Shown here: piece by piece, positions 8,282 through 16,219 of the stretch
Layout: each line of letters starts with the position of its first letter
Position numbering within the stretch: position 1 is the stretch's first letter
Origin: Deltaproteobacteria bacterium
Lineage (GTDB): Bacteria; Desulfobacterota; Desulfobacteria; Desulfobacterales; C00003060
Assembly: GCA_019309815.1 (NCBI GenBank)
Contig: JAFDFO010000003.1
Coordinates: 1-38,974, forward strand
DNA: 38,974 nt
Direction: 5' to 3'
The notes under the pieces: model-generated
What the model was told of the DNA's origin: nothing
The model's input: only the letters and a program-made list of their open reading frames with translations
Database searches by the model: none
Program-made: the position numbers and the translations under genes

Positions 8282-9139
8282 ATGCCTGCCCGTGCAGATC
8301 TTTGGGACCAAGGCCCGGGCACCCTCCGTGTCTGGGTCGTGATGACAGGGCTTTCCGTCCTGTTTCATGTCCTTTTTTTCTCAGGTGTTCTCTTCCTGCC
8401 TGAGTTGAGAAGCCATAGACAATATATACCGTCTAGTGTTGAGGTGGATCTTGTAAGTCTCCCGAGAGCTGCTCCCCAGGGCCAGCCAGCCCCCCGGCAG
8501 GTCGGCCCCCCCCCAAAGCCGGCGGAAGACGCGGAACCGGTGAAGCCGGAGCCAAAACCCATAGAGCCTCCTCCGCCGAAGCCAGAGCAAGTGTCCGAAA
8601 AGCCTGTACCCGTAAAACCAAGTAAGTTGGAGGTCAAGAAATCAGTAAAAAAGAAGACCTTTGATGCGTCCAAGGCCATCAAGAGTGCTATTGCGAGGAT
8701 CGAGAAGGAGGCTGTCGAATCAAGGCCACACTCGGTGCTTCAGGCCATCGATAAGCTGAAAACGGAGGTTGGCAGCGAAGGTGGGGTGGTCATGCGGGGA
8801 GGCACCGCGACGGGCGGACAAAGTAAGAAGACGATAGATCTTCTGGACATCTACAACGCCGAAATCTGGCACCAGATACAAAGGAACTGGGCCTTTTCCG
8901 AGGAGATGGTTCGAGGGCGTACTGATTTGGAAGCCACGATTATTGTAAAGATCATGAAACAGGGTGAGATACGGGATGTGTGGTTTGAAAGTAGGTCAGG
9001 CAACACGTATTTCGACGACACCGTCTTTAAGGCTGTGAAGAAATCTGATCCACTACCGCCATTGCCTGAAAGCTATCGTGGGCCCTTTTACGAAGTGGGG
9101 TTTCGTTTTAATTTGTCTGAGCTTCAAAGTGGATATTAG
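8282..9139 (+). CDS. tolA: TolA / TonB-family energy transducer
   Basis: N-terminal TM with S...H, Pro/Lys/Glu-rich linker, TonB_C-like domain (IQRNW...SRSGN.YFD...PLPPLP). Located between tolR and tolB. Confidence 0.85.
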   Translation: MPARADLWDQGPGTLRVWVVMTGLSVLFHVLFFSGVLFLPELRSHRQYIPSSVEVDLVSLPRAAPQGQPAPRQVGPPPKPAEDAEPVKPEPKPIEPPPPKPEQVSEKPVPVKPSKLEVKKSVKKKTFDASKAIKSAIARIEKEAVESRPHSVLQAIDKLKTEVGSEGGVVMRGGTATGGQSKKTIDLLDIYNAEIWHQIQRNWAFSEEMVRGRTDLEATIIVKIMKQGEIRDVWFESRSGNTYFDDTVFKAVKKSDPLPPLPESYRGPFYEVGFRFNLSELQSGY

Positions 9140-9156
9140 AGAGCAGTAAAAAATGA

Positions 9157-9367
9157 ATCACGAAAACACGAAAGAAAAAGAAAAACGAATCACGAAAACA
9201 CGAAAACAGAGTGACAGCCCTTCGGGCTGTTTCTACCGACTCCACTGCCTGCGGACTCGTCTGATAGAAGAGGAAGTTGCAGCGCGGAGCGCTGCAACTT
9301 TCTTTCTTTTTCGTGCCTTCTCTTTTCTTTCGTGCGTTGCGGCTTACGCCTTATAAAGAGGCGTGAT
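9157..9367. repeat. Second CACGAAA inverted-array element with two internal hairpins
   Basis: ATCACGAAAACACGAAA at 9157 and 9189. Inverted arm 9309-9367. Perfect hairpins at 9214-9230 and 9274-9300. Confidence 0.8.
9274..9311 (+). terminator. Possible intrinsic terminator/attenuator between tolA and tolB
   Basis: 12-bp perfect stem AAGTTGCAGCGC-GGA-GCGCTGCAACTT followed by TCTTTCTTTTT. Confidence 0.45.
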
Positions 9368-9399
9368 AATTCTTTTCTTCACTTCATCACTCCTTCGAA

Positions 9400-10740
9400 T
9401 TGGATTGTAAGAAATTGAAAAGATTACACTTTGCCGTTGTCCTGATGCTGCTCGCTGCACTGCTGTTTTGCCTGTCCAGGCCATGCGAAGCGGGGCGTGT
9501 GTATATCGACATAAATGCCCCCTATTTGAGGAAAATCCCAACAGCAATCCCGATCTTCAGGGACATGGCCGGAGGACAAACCCAGGGTCAGGTGGCAAAC
9601 AAGCTTTCCGATCTTCTGACCGCATCATTAGACTTTACGGGCTTCTTTAAGATCCTTAACCGTGAGAGCTTTCTGGAAAACTCCGAAGAAGCCGGTCTGG
9701 TGCAGCAAGAGATCAATTTCTCCAACTGGACCGTGATCGGTGCAGAGCTCCTGATAAAGGGCGGGTTCAAGTATAACGGGGACCTGCTTGAGGTAGAGCT
9801 GCGGCTTTTTGACACCTTCAGCGGTCGGCTGATTGTGGGCAGGCGCTATACGGGCCGCATGGAGGATCGCAGGCGGATCATCCACCGCTTCTGCAACGAG
9901 GTCATCCTTCGACTGACCGGCCGCCCCGGTATCTTCAGTAGCCAAATTGCCTTTGTGTCAACCACAACAGGGGTCAAGGAGCTCTACATTGCAGATTTTG
10001 ACGGATATGATCCCAGGCAGTTTACCAAGAGCGGAACGATTTCCATGTTTCCGGCCTGGTCTTCGGATGGGAGATGGCTGGCTTACACAGATTACGAGCG
10101 GGGGCAACCAGATCTTTTCATCAGGAATATTAAGAGCAAACAGGACACCGTGGTCAGCTTAAAGGGATTCAGTATTACACCGGCTTGGGTTCCCGGGCAG
10201 TTTGCTTTGGCGGCTTCCCTTTCCCATAAAGGGAACCCCTCTATCTATCTGTTGAGTGGAAGCGGAAAGATCTTGCGAAAACTGACACGCCATTGGGGGA
10301 TCGATGTCGCTCCTACGTATTCACCTGATGGTAAGAAGTTTGCGTTTGTGTCGAACCGATCAGGATCTCCCCAGATTTACATCCAAAACGTCAAAGACGG
10401 CAAGGTCCGCAGACTGACATACGAGGGGAAGTACAACTCCTGGCCCCAGTGGTCCCCCCGAGGGAACTACATTGCCTATGTGGGCTCAAGCAATACCTTT
10501 TCCGATATTTATGTGATTCGGGCCGACGGGAAGGGACGGAAGCAATTGACCCGAAATGCCGGGCACAATGAGTCCCCTACCTGGTCTCCGGACGGGACGC
10601 TTATTGCCTTTAGTTCTACCAGGGAAGGGCCGTCCAGGATCTATGTCATGAATGCGAACGGAACGGATCAACGGCGCCTGTTGGTCCTGAAGGGTGAGCA
10701 GAGCAACCCGAGCTGGTCACCGCGGCTCACCGGGCGCTGA
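9400..10740 (+). CDS. tolB: TolB beta-propeller protein
   Basis: Signal peptide, TolB_N domain, repeated P.WSPDG (PD40) motifs. Exact start uncertain (TTG). Confidence 0.96.
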   Translation: MDCKKLKRLHFAVVLMLLAALLFCLSRPCEAGRVYIDINAPYLRKIPTAIPIFRDMAGGQTQGQVANKLSDLLTASLDFTGFFKILNRESFLENSEEAGLVQQEINFSNWTVIGAELLIKGGFKYNGDLLEVELRLFDTFSGRLIVGRRYTGRMEDRRRIIHRFCNEVILRLTGRPGIFSSQIAFVSTTTGVKELYIADFDGYDPRQFTKSGTISMFPAWSSDGRWLAYTDYERGQPDLFIRNIKSKQDTVVSLKGFSITPAWVPGQFALAASLSHKGNPSIYLLSGSGKILRKLTRHWGIDVAPTYSPDGKKFAFVSNRSGSPQIYIQNVKDGKVRRLTYEGKYNSWPQWSPRGNYIAYVGSSNTFSDIYVIRADGKGRKQLTRNAGHNESPTWSPDGTLIAFSSTREGPSRIYVMNANGTDQRRLLVLKGEQSNPSWSPRLTGR

Positions 10741-10808
10741 GGCTCGATGTTGCCCCGAGTTGGCCTATAGTCGTGAGGGGTTTTTACAGGCTTTCTGAAT
10801 GATGATCT

Positions 10809-10879
10809 GATGCTGGATCCTGGATACTTGATCCTGGCTAATGCTTTATTCCAGCATCCAGCATCCAGCATCCAGTATC
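10809..10879. repeat. Inverted heptamer tandem array (GATNCTG / CCAGCAT)
   Basis: GATGCTG-GATCCTG-GATACTT-GATCCTG-G, 13-nt spacer, then CCAGCAT x3 and CCAGTATC. Confidence 0.8.
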
Positions 10880-11082
10880 GTGACGCTTAGCACTCAACGC
10901 AATCAGATTTGGGGGTGAATGCGCTGCTACCGTCATATAGCTCGGAGTCCCGACGGGATTGTGGCATTTGCTTGACTTTTTTCCAGGTTTCAACTAATTA
11001 CATGAGTTCAAATGTACATGTGGGCACTGTCCCGTGAAAATATTCTCTAGTACTCAACTTTTGCTTTAGAGGAGGTAGGATC

Positions 11083-11622
11083 ATGAGAAACAGGTTCTGG
11101 GTAGTCTTGGCGCTTCTGTTGGTGATTCCGGGGCTGATGTTGACAGCTTCCTGTGCCAAAAAACAGGTTTCTGGGGCCGGGGTAACTCCTTCACCGGAAG
11201 GGGCAGCTATGAGCGACGAGGACGCTCGAGCGCGGGCCCTCGAAGAGCAGCGCTTGCGGGAGCAGCGTGCAGTCACGGCTGCTATGGAAAGATTCGAAAA
11301 CCAGGACATCAACTTCGATTTTGACAAGTCTTCCCTTACGCCGGCAGCGCAGGCAATTCTCCGCGACAAGGCAGCATATCTAATGGCAAATCCCGATGTC
11401 TCGGTTATTATTGAAGGGCATTGTGACGAACGCGGAACCAACGAGTACAATATGGCTCTTGGGGATCGACGTGCCGGCAGTGCAAAGAGTTTTCTGGTCG
11501 ACTTAGGGATCGAATCGCGACGGCTGACAACAATCAGTTATGGCGAGGAGAAACCGGTCGATCCGGCGAGCAATGAAACGGCATGGACCAAGAACAGACG
11601 GGGTCATTGCATCATAGACTAG
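11083..11622 (+). CDS. pal: Peptidoglycan-associated lipoprotein
   Basis: Lipobox TASC, F.FDKS, IEGHCDERGTNEYNMALGDRRA, SYGEEKP, KNRR. GGAGG RBS. Confidence 0.97.
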   Translation: MRNRFWVVLALLLVIPGLMLTASCAKKQVSGAGVTPSPEGAAMSDEDARARALEEQRLREQRAVTAAMERFENQDINFDFDKSSLTPAAQAILRDKAAYLMANPDVSVIIEGHCDERGTNEYNMALGDRRAGSAKSFLVDLGIESRRLTTISYGEEKPVDPASNETAWTKNRRGHCIID

Positions 11623-11648
11623 AATACAACTCACGACCATCATCGGTG

Positions 11649-11685
11649 TTCCCATTGATTCCTTTCATAACCGGGTCAATGGGAA
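11649..11685 (+). other. Stem-loop 3' of pal (possible mRNA-stabilising or partial termination structure)
   Basis: TTCCCATTGA (11649-11658) and TCAATGGGAA (11676-11685) form a perfect 10-bp inverted repeat with no U-tract. Confidence 0.45.
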
Positions 11686-11808
11686 GGCCTTGCTCCACAT
11701 GGCTTCAAGACTGAACCGCCGACCGTTTTTTCAAACGGGGGAAAGAAGTCTACTTCCTCAGCGTGCCTGAACTAGACCGATTGGCAGTCTGCAGAGAGTT
11801 CAAGTTTT

Positions 11809-12612
11809 ATGCGTGAAAAGATAGGTGTATCTTGGGTCGTCCTTATGACAGCAGGGCTCATCCTTTGGGGGGGGTGCGCCACCCAGGATGGTCTTGTAAC
11901 GCTCAGTAATCGGGTGACTGCCTTAGAGCGCAGGGCCGAGAAAGAGAGGGCAGGACTTCGGTCCGATCAAGAAGATCAGACGCAGGACTCGCGCAGCAGA
12001 GACGCTGAACTGCGCGCCCTTTTTGATGAGCTGAGGGACGAGATGACGGGGCTGAGAGGAGCCGTGGAGGAGGACCAACACGGTGCCGATCAGTGGCAGA
12101 CCCGCTTCCAAATTCTCGAAGAGTCTCTTCAAAGCCTTGAGGATCGGCTTGTTCGTATAGAACTATATTTGGGGCTCCGGCTGTCAGATGAAGTTCCCGC
12201 TTCGGATACGGATCAGGTTAAGCCGACAGTAGAACCCAAAACGCCTGAGGCCCTTTATGACAGGGCCGAACAGCTTTTTGACAAGGGTGAGTATGAGGAT
12301 GCCCGAGAAGTGCTTCGGTCTTTCTTGAAACAGTATCCGAGGTCCAAAACAGCTGGCAGTGCCCAGTTCTTACTGGGAGAGATATACTTCCACGAGAAAT
12401 GGTACGAAAAAGCCATCCTGGAATACCAGAAGGTGATTGAGAACTACCCAAAGGCGGACAAAACGTCGAACGCTTTACTTAAGCAAGGCTTTGCCTTTTT
12501 CAGTCTTGGCGACGACGCAAATGCGGGACTCATCTTGAAAGAGTTGATTCGGAAGTTTCCGGATTCCGACGAGGCTAATATCGCCAAGAACAAGCTAAAG
12601 ACACTGAAATAA
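11809..12612 (+). CDS. cpoB: Tol-Pal system protein YbgF/CpoB (lipoprotein-type)
   Basis: GGC lipobox, coiled coil, TPRs (F...YP.S..A..AQF.LGE, ALLKQG). Follows pal. Confidence 0.9.
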   Translation: MREKIGVSWVVLMTAGLILWGGCATQDGLVTLSNRVTALERRAEKERAGLRSDQEDQTQDSRSRDAELRALFDELRDEMTGLRGAVEEDQHGADQWQTRFQILEESLQSLEDRLVRIELYLGLRLSDEVPASDTDQVKPTVEPKTPEALYDRAEQLFDKGEYEDAREVLRSFLKQYPRSKTAGSAQFLLGEIYFHEKWYEKAILEYQKVIENYPKADKTSNALLKQGFAFFSLGDDANAGLILKELIRKFPDSDEANIAKNKLKTLK

Positions 12613-12634
12613 TCAATAGGGCCGAAACCTGGGT

Positions 12635-13120
12635 TTGAAGAAAACACTAAAGGTTGTCGGGATAGATCCAGGGTTAGCTGAGACCGGGTTTGGGGTTGTC
12701 CACGGGTCCATTTCCCGGATCAGAGACTACACCTTCGGCACAATTCGAACCTCAAAGGCCGAAACTTTGCCTGACAGGCTTCACCACATCTTTTCTGAGC
12801 TTTGTTCCATTCTTGATTCCGAGAAACCCAATCTGATGGTCATTGAAGACATCTTTTCCATCAAGGAATACCCAAAGTCGGGGATTGCCCTTGGAAAGGT
12901 TTGCGGGGTCATTTTGCTTGCCTGTTCTCAGTACGGCGTTCAGGCGATGGATGTCCCTGTGCGGGAAGTCAAGCGCATACTGACAGGAAGCGGAAGCGCT
13001 TCCAAGAGCCAGATGGAAAGGGTGGTCAGACACTTGTTGAAAAGGGACAAACCCATTACGCCGTCACACGCATCCGATGCCATAGCCCTGGCACTGGTGG
13101 GGGTATTCAGGAACGGATAG
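12635..13120 (+). CDS. ruvC: Holliday junction resolvase
   Basis: VGIDPG..TGFG, VIED, VK..LTGSG.ASK.QM, DAIALA. Confidence 0.95.
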   Translation: MKKTLKVVGIDPGLAETGFGVVHGSISRIRDYTFGTIRTSKAETLPDRLHHIFSELCSILDSEKPNLMVIEDIFSIKEYPKSGIALGKVCGVILLACSQYGVQAMDVPVREVKRILTGSGSASKSQMERVVRHLLKRDKPITPSHASDAIALALVGVFRNG

Positions 13121-13166
13121 TGGGATGATCAGGGGTTGGCATCATTGAGGTCCGTATCGACCCATT

Positions 13167-13256
13167 TGGAGTAATGGAGTAATGGAAGAAGCCAAGCCAA
13201 CCAGTTCTCAGGATCCACCTTCTCTTTCAGCACTCCAGTACTCCAATACTCCAGCA
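13167..13256. repeat. Inverted octamer array (TGGAGTAA / TACTCCA)
   Basis: TGGAGTAATGGAGTAATGGAA (13167-13187) faces TTCAGCACTCCAGTACTCCAATACTCCAGCA (13226-13256). Confidence 0.8.
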
Positions 13257-13316
13257 TTTTTGTATTCTATGAGTCTGTTACCACACAGGGCAGGGTTACC
13301 ATAACGGGGCGAACAG

Positions 13317-13943
13317 ATGATCGGGTATCTGGAAGGCAAGCTGCTAAAAAAGGATGAAGACCGGATATTGCTGTTGAATAACCAGGTCGGCTACGAAATA
13401 CTCCTTCCCGCTTTTGTCAGAAAAACCTTTCATTCTAAGGAAATTGGAGATGATGTTGCCCTGTACATTCACTACCATCAAACTGAGCGGCAGCCAAAAC
13501 CGATCCTGATTGGTTTCAACCTGGAGGTGGAGCGGGAGTTCTTCCGTCATTTCATATCCGTTGAAGATATTGGACCCATGAAGGCTGTTCAGGCGCTAAC
13601 AGTTTCGGTCCGGGACATTGCCAGGGCCATAGAGTCGAGGGATTCAGCGTATCTTATAAGGCTGAAGGGGATCGGAAACAGGACAGCGCAGAAGATATTG
13701 GCCACGCTAGAAGGAAAGGTGGCTAAGTTTGCCCTGATCCGGCAGGTCGAAAAAGCCGCAACGGAGACCCCGCCGGAAGATTTCATAGATCAGGTCCAAG
13801 AGGTCCTTTCAAAACAACTTGGCCACACGGTGAGAGAGGCCAAGGAGTTGATCGGCGCCGCCTTGAGAAGGAATAAGAACATCACTACAGCAGAGGAACT
13901 GTTTGAAGAGGTCTATCGCGGGGAAGCATCAAACGCCGGATAG
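13317..13943 (+). CDS. ruvA: Holliday junction branch migration protein RuvA
   Basis: MIGYLEG, VGYEI, V.DIGP, LKGIG.RTAQKI HhH motifs. Located between ruvC and ruvB. Confidence 0.93.
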   Translation: MIGYLEGKLLKKDEDRILLLNNQVGYEILLPAFVRKTFHSKEIGDDVALYIHYHQTERQPKPILIGFNLEVEREFFRHFISVEDIGPMKAVQALTVSVRDIARAIESRDSAYLIRLKGIGNRTAQKILATLEGKVAKFALIRQVEKAATETPPEDFIDQVQEVLSKQLGHTVREAKELIGAALRRNKNITTAEELFEEVYRGEASNAG

Positions 13944-13962
13944 ATTAGAAGAAGAAAAGATT

Positions 13963-13996
13963 ATCACGAAGACACGAAAAGAACGAAAACACGAAA
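13963..13996 (+). repeat. Solo arm of the CACGAAA element
   Basis: ATCACGAAGACACGAAAAGAACGAAAACACGAAA closely matches 4945-4979. No inverted partner nearby. Confidence 0.75.
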
Positions 13997-14014
13997 GGTA
14001 TTTCTAAAAGGCTG

Positions 14015-15025
14015 ATGCCAGACAGAGACCCTGAAGAGAACACGGATATGGATGAGAAGTCGGAATTCATTAGCCTTAGGCCAAAGCACCTGGAGGAATA
14101 CGTTGGTCAGGCCAAGGTGGTGGAGACTCTCCAGATTGCCATTGAGGCGGCGCTTAAACGGAATGAGCCACTGGATCACGTCTTGTTTCACGCTCCTCCC
14201 GGTCTGGGGAAAACGACTCTTGCTCACATCATTGCTGAAGAGATGGGTGTCAGGATTACTGTTACATCCGGGCCCGCTTTGGAGAAAGGGGGCGATCTTC
14301 TGGGTATTCTCACCCATCTAGAAGAAGGAGATGTCCTCTTCATCGACGAGATTCACCGCCTTCCCAGGGTGATTGAGGAGTTTCTCTATCCTGCGATGGA
14401 AGACTTTGCGGTTGATTTCATCTTTGACAAAGGGATACATGCGAGGAGTCATCGTTATCGGCTCGAACGGTTCGTTTTGGTTGGGGCCACGACTCGAGCA
14501 GGATCTCTATCGCCCCCTCTACGTGAGCGGTTTGGGATATTCAGGACTCTTGATTTCTATGTTGAGGAGGACTTGACTCGCATTGCGAAGCGATCAGCGG
14601 CCCTGTTGGATGTAGTCGTGGACGATAATGGTGCCCAAGAGATCGCCTGCCGTTCACGAGGCACCCCTCGAATCGTAAACCGGCTCTTGAAACGGGTACG
14701 AGACTTCGCCCAGGTGAGGGGCGACGGAGTCATCCATAAGGGGACCGTCCAGGAGGCATTGGCACTGGAAGGGGTAGATGAAAAGGGGCTAACCACCCTG
14801 GACAGAAAGTTTTTGAGAAGCATCATAGACTTCTACAAGGGTGGTCCTGCGGGAATCGAAGCCATTGCCGCTACTCTGCAAGAAGAGTCTGACACGCTTG
14901 TTGACGTGGTAGAACCCTATCTACTGCAAATCGGATTCCTGACACGCACCTCTTCCGGCCGAAAGGTCTCGGAAGACGCATACAAGCATTTCGGTTTGCC
15001 AGTCCACCCCGGGCTGTTTCAATAG
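14015..15025 (+). CDS. ruvB: Holliday junction branch migration helicase RuvB
   Basis: [45 protein letters not shown]. Start at 14015 or 14048. Confidence 0.98.
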   Translation: MPDRDPEENTDMDEKSEFISLRPKHLEEYVGQAKVVETLQIAIEAALKRNEPLDHVLFHAPPGLGKTTLAHIIAEEMGVRITVTSGPALEKGGDLLGILTHLEEGDVLFIDEIHRLPRVIEEFLYPAMEDFAVDFIFDKGIHARSHRYRLERFVLVGATTRAGSLSPPLRERFGIFRTLDFYVEEDLTRIAKRSAALLDVVVDDNGAQEIACRSRGTPRIVNRLLKRVRDFAQVRGDGVIHKGTVQEALALEGVDEKGLTTLDRKFLRSIIDFYKGGPAGIEAIAATLQEESDTLVDVVEPYLLQIGFLTRTSSGRKVSEDAYKHFGLPVHPGLFQ

Positions 15026-15235
15026 TAGAAGATTGGAATAATGGAAGACTGGAATGATGGAAGACTGGAAGAATAGAACTATGGAAGAATGGAATAGTGG
15101 AAAATTGGAATGGTGGAGCAATAATAATCCGGAGTAATGGAGTATTGGAGTGATGGAGTAATGGTTGAGAAAAAAGATAAAGGAGTCTCTGTTTCTCGTT
15201 CCAGTACTCCAATACTCCAGCACTCCAATACTCCA
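15023..15235. repeat. Long octamer array (NNNTGGAA x12) plus inverted TGGAGTAA/TACTCCA array
   Basis: Twelve 8-nt units at 15023-15118 starting at the ruvB stop codon. GGAGTAAT-type units at 15131-15164 face CCAGTACT-type units at 15201-15235. Confidence 0.85.
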
Positions 15236-15291
15236 AAAGCGTTTGATACCTCGCATGAGTCTCAGCCGCTGTAATCCCAGCAATACCCAAC

Positions 15292-16116
15292 ATGAAGAAA
15301 TCCTCCGTTATTACGCTTCTCACTGATTTCGGCCTTCAGGACGAGTACGTGGGCGTGATGAAGGGGGTTATCCTGTCCATAAACCCCAGGGTTCAACTGG
15401 TCGATATCACCCACAACATAAGCAGGCACGATATTGGACAGGCAGCGCTCGCACTCAATGCCTCCTTCCGGTTCTTTCCGAAAGGTTCCATCCACGTGGT
15501 TGTTGTTGATCCCGGGGTCGGCGGAGAGAGAAAGACCGTTTGTCTTAAACAGGAAGGGCATGTCTTTATCGCCCCGGACAATGGCGTGCTGACAATGGTC
15601 ATCCAGGATAAGAAAGTCCGGAAAATCTGTGCTGTAACAAAACAGAGATATTTTCTTAAGCCGGTGAGTGACACTTTTCACGGCCGTGATATATTCGCCC
15701 CTGTGGCAGCCCATTTGTCAAAGGGATTGGACATGCTGAGCCTGGGGAAAGAGCTCGGGCTCAAGGACCTGGCTACACTGGAGATTCCCGTGCCCTTTGT
15801 CTCTGCCAAACATGAGCTGGTTGGCGCTGTTATGGCGATTGATCGTTTCGGAAGCCTCGTGACGAATATCAGCGAGCGAACCCTAAAGAAGTTTCAAGAT
15901 GATGAGGGATCACAACGGGTTGAACTCAGGCTGGGAAGGTTCAAGATTAAGGGGGTGTCGCAGTCTTATGACAGTGTGAAGGTGGGTGCGCCAATCGCCA
16001 TCATCGGAAGCCGAAACCTCCTTGAGATTGCGTTAAACCAGGGAGATGCCCGCAAGTATTTCAAGGCCAGAATCGGCCAGGCAGTGAAGGTCAGGTTTGT
16101 CGCCAGGGGGAAGTAA
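15292..16116 (+). CDS. SAM hydroxide adenosyltransferase / chlorinase-fluorinase family (DUF62)
   Basis: ITLLTDFG..D.YVGVMKG, VVDPGVG..R, APDNG, TFHGRDIFAP, IDRFG. Confidence 0.93.
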   Translation: MKKSSVITLLTDFGLQDEYVGVMKGVILSINPRVQLVDITHNISRHDIGQAALALNASFRFFPKGSIHVVVVDPGVGGERKTVCLKQEGHVFIAPDNGVLTMVIQDKKVRKICAVTKQRYFLKPVSDTFHGRDIFAPVAAHLSKGLDMLSLGKELGLKDLATLEIPVPFVSAKHELVGAVMAIDRFGSLVTNISERTLKKFQDDEGSQRVELRLGRFKIKGVSQSYDSVKVGAPIAIIGSRNLLEIALNQGDARKYFKARIGQAVKVRFVARGK

Positions 16117-16219
16117 CGACTACGGTGCGCTTTACGCCGCCAGCTTATATCGCTATCATATTTCGCCTTTTACTCACCGCCTGCATGGCCAAGGGCCTTC
16201 GCCTACTGACTGCACCAAA

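Noticed and set aside
9153-9356. 67-aa ORF MNHENTKEKEK...
   Set aside because: Read-through of the CACGAAA repeat arms and hairpins.
15023-15235. Possible CRISPR array
   Set aside because: Period is 8 nt with no 25-45 nt repeats or spacers, and there are no cas genes.
14871-15323. ORFs with HHSNTPLL / SIGVLEYW repeats
   Set aside because: Artefacts of the octamer array, antisense to ruvB.
15292-16116. True fluorinase/chlorinase feeding the biosynthetic locus
   Set aside because: It has the TFHGRD motif of the common DUF62 hydrolases and sits with housekeeping genes.
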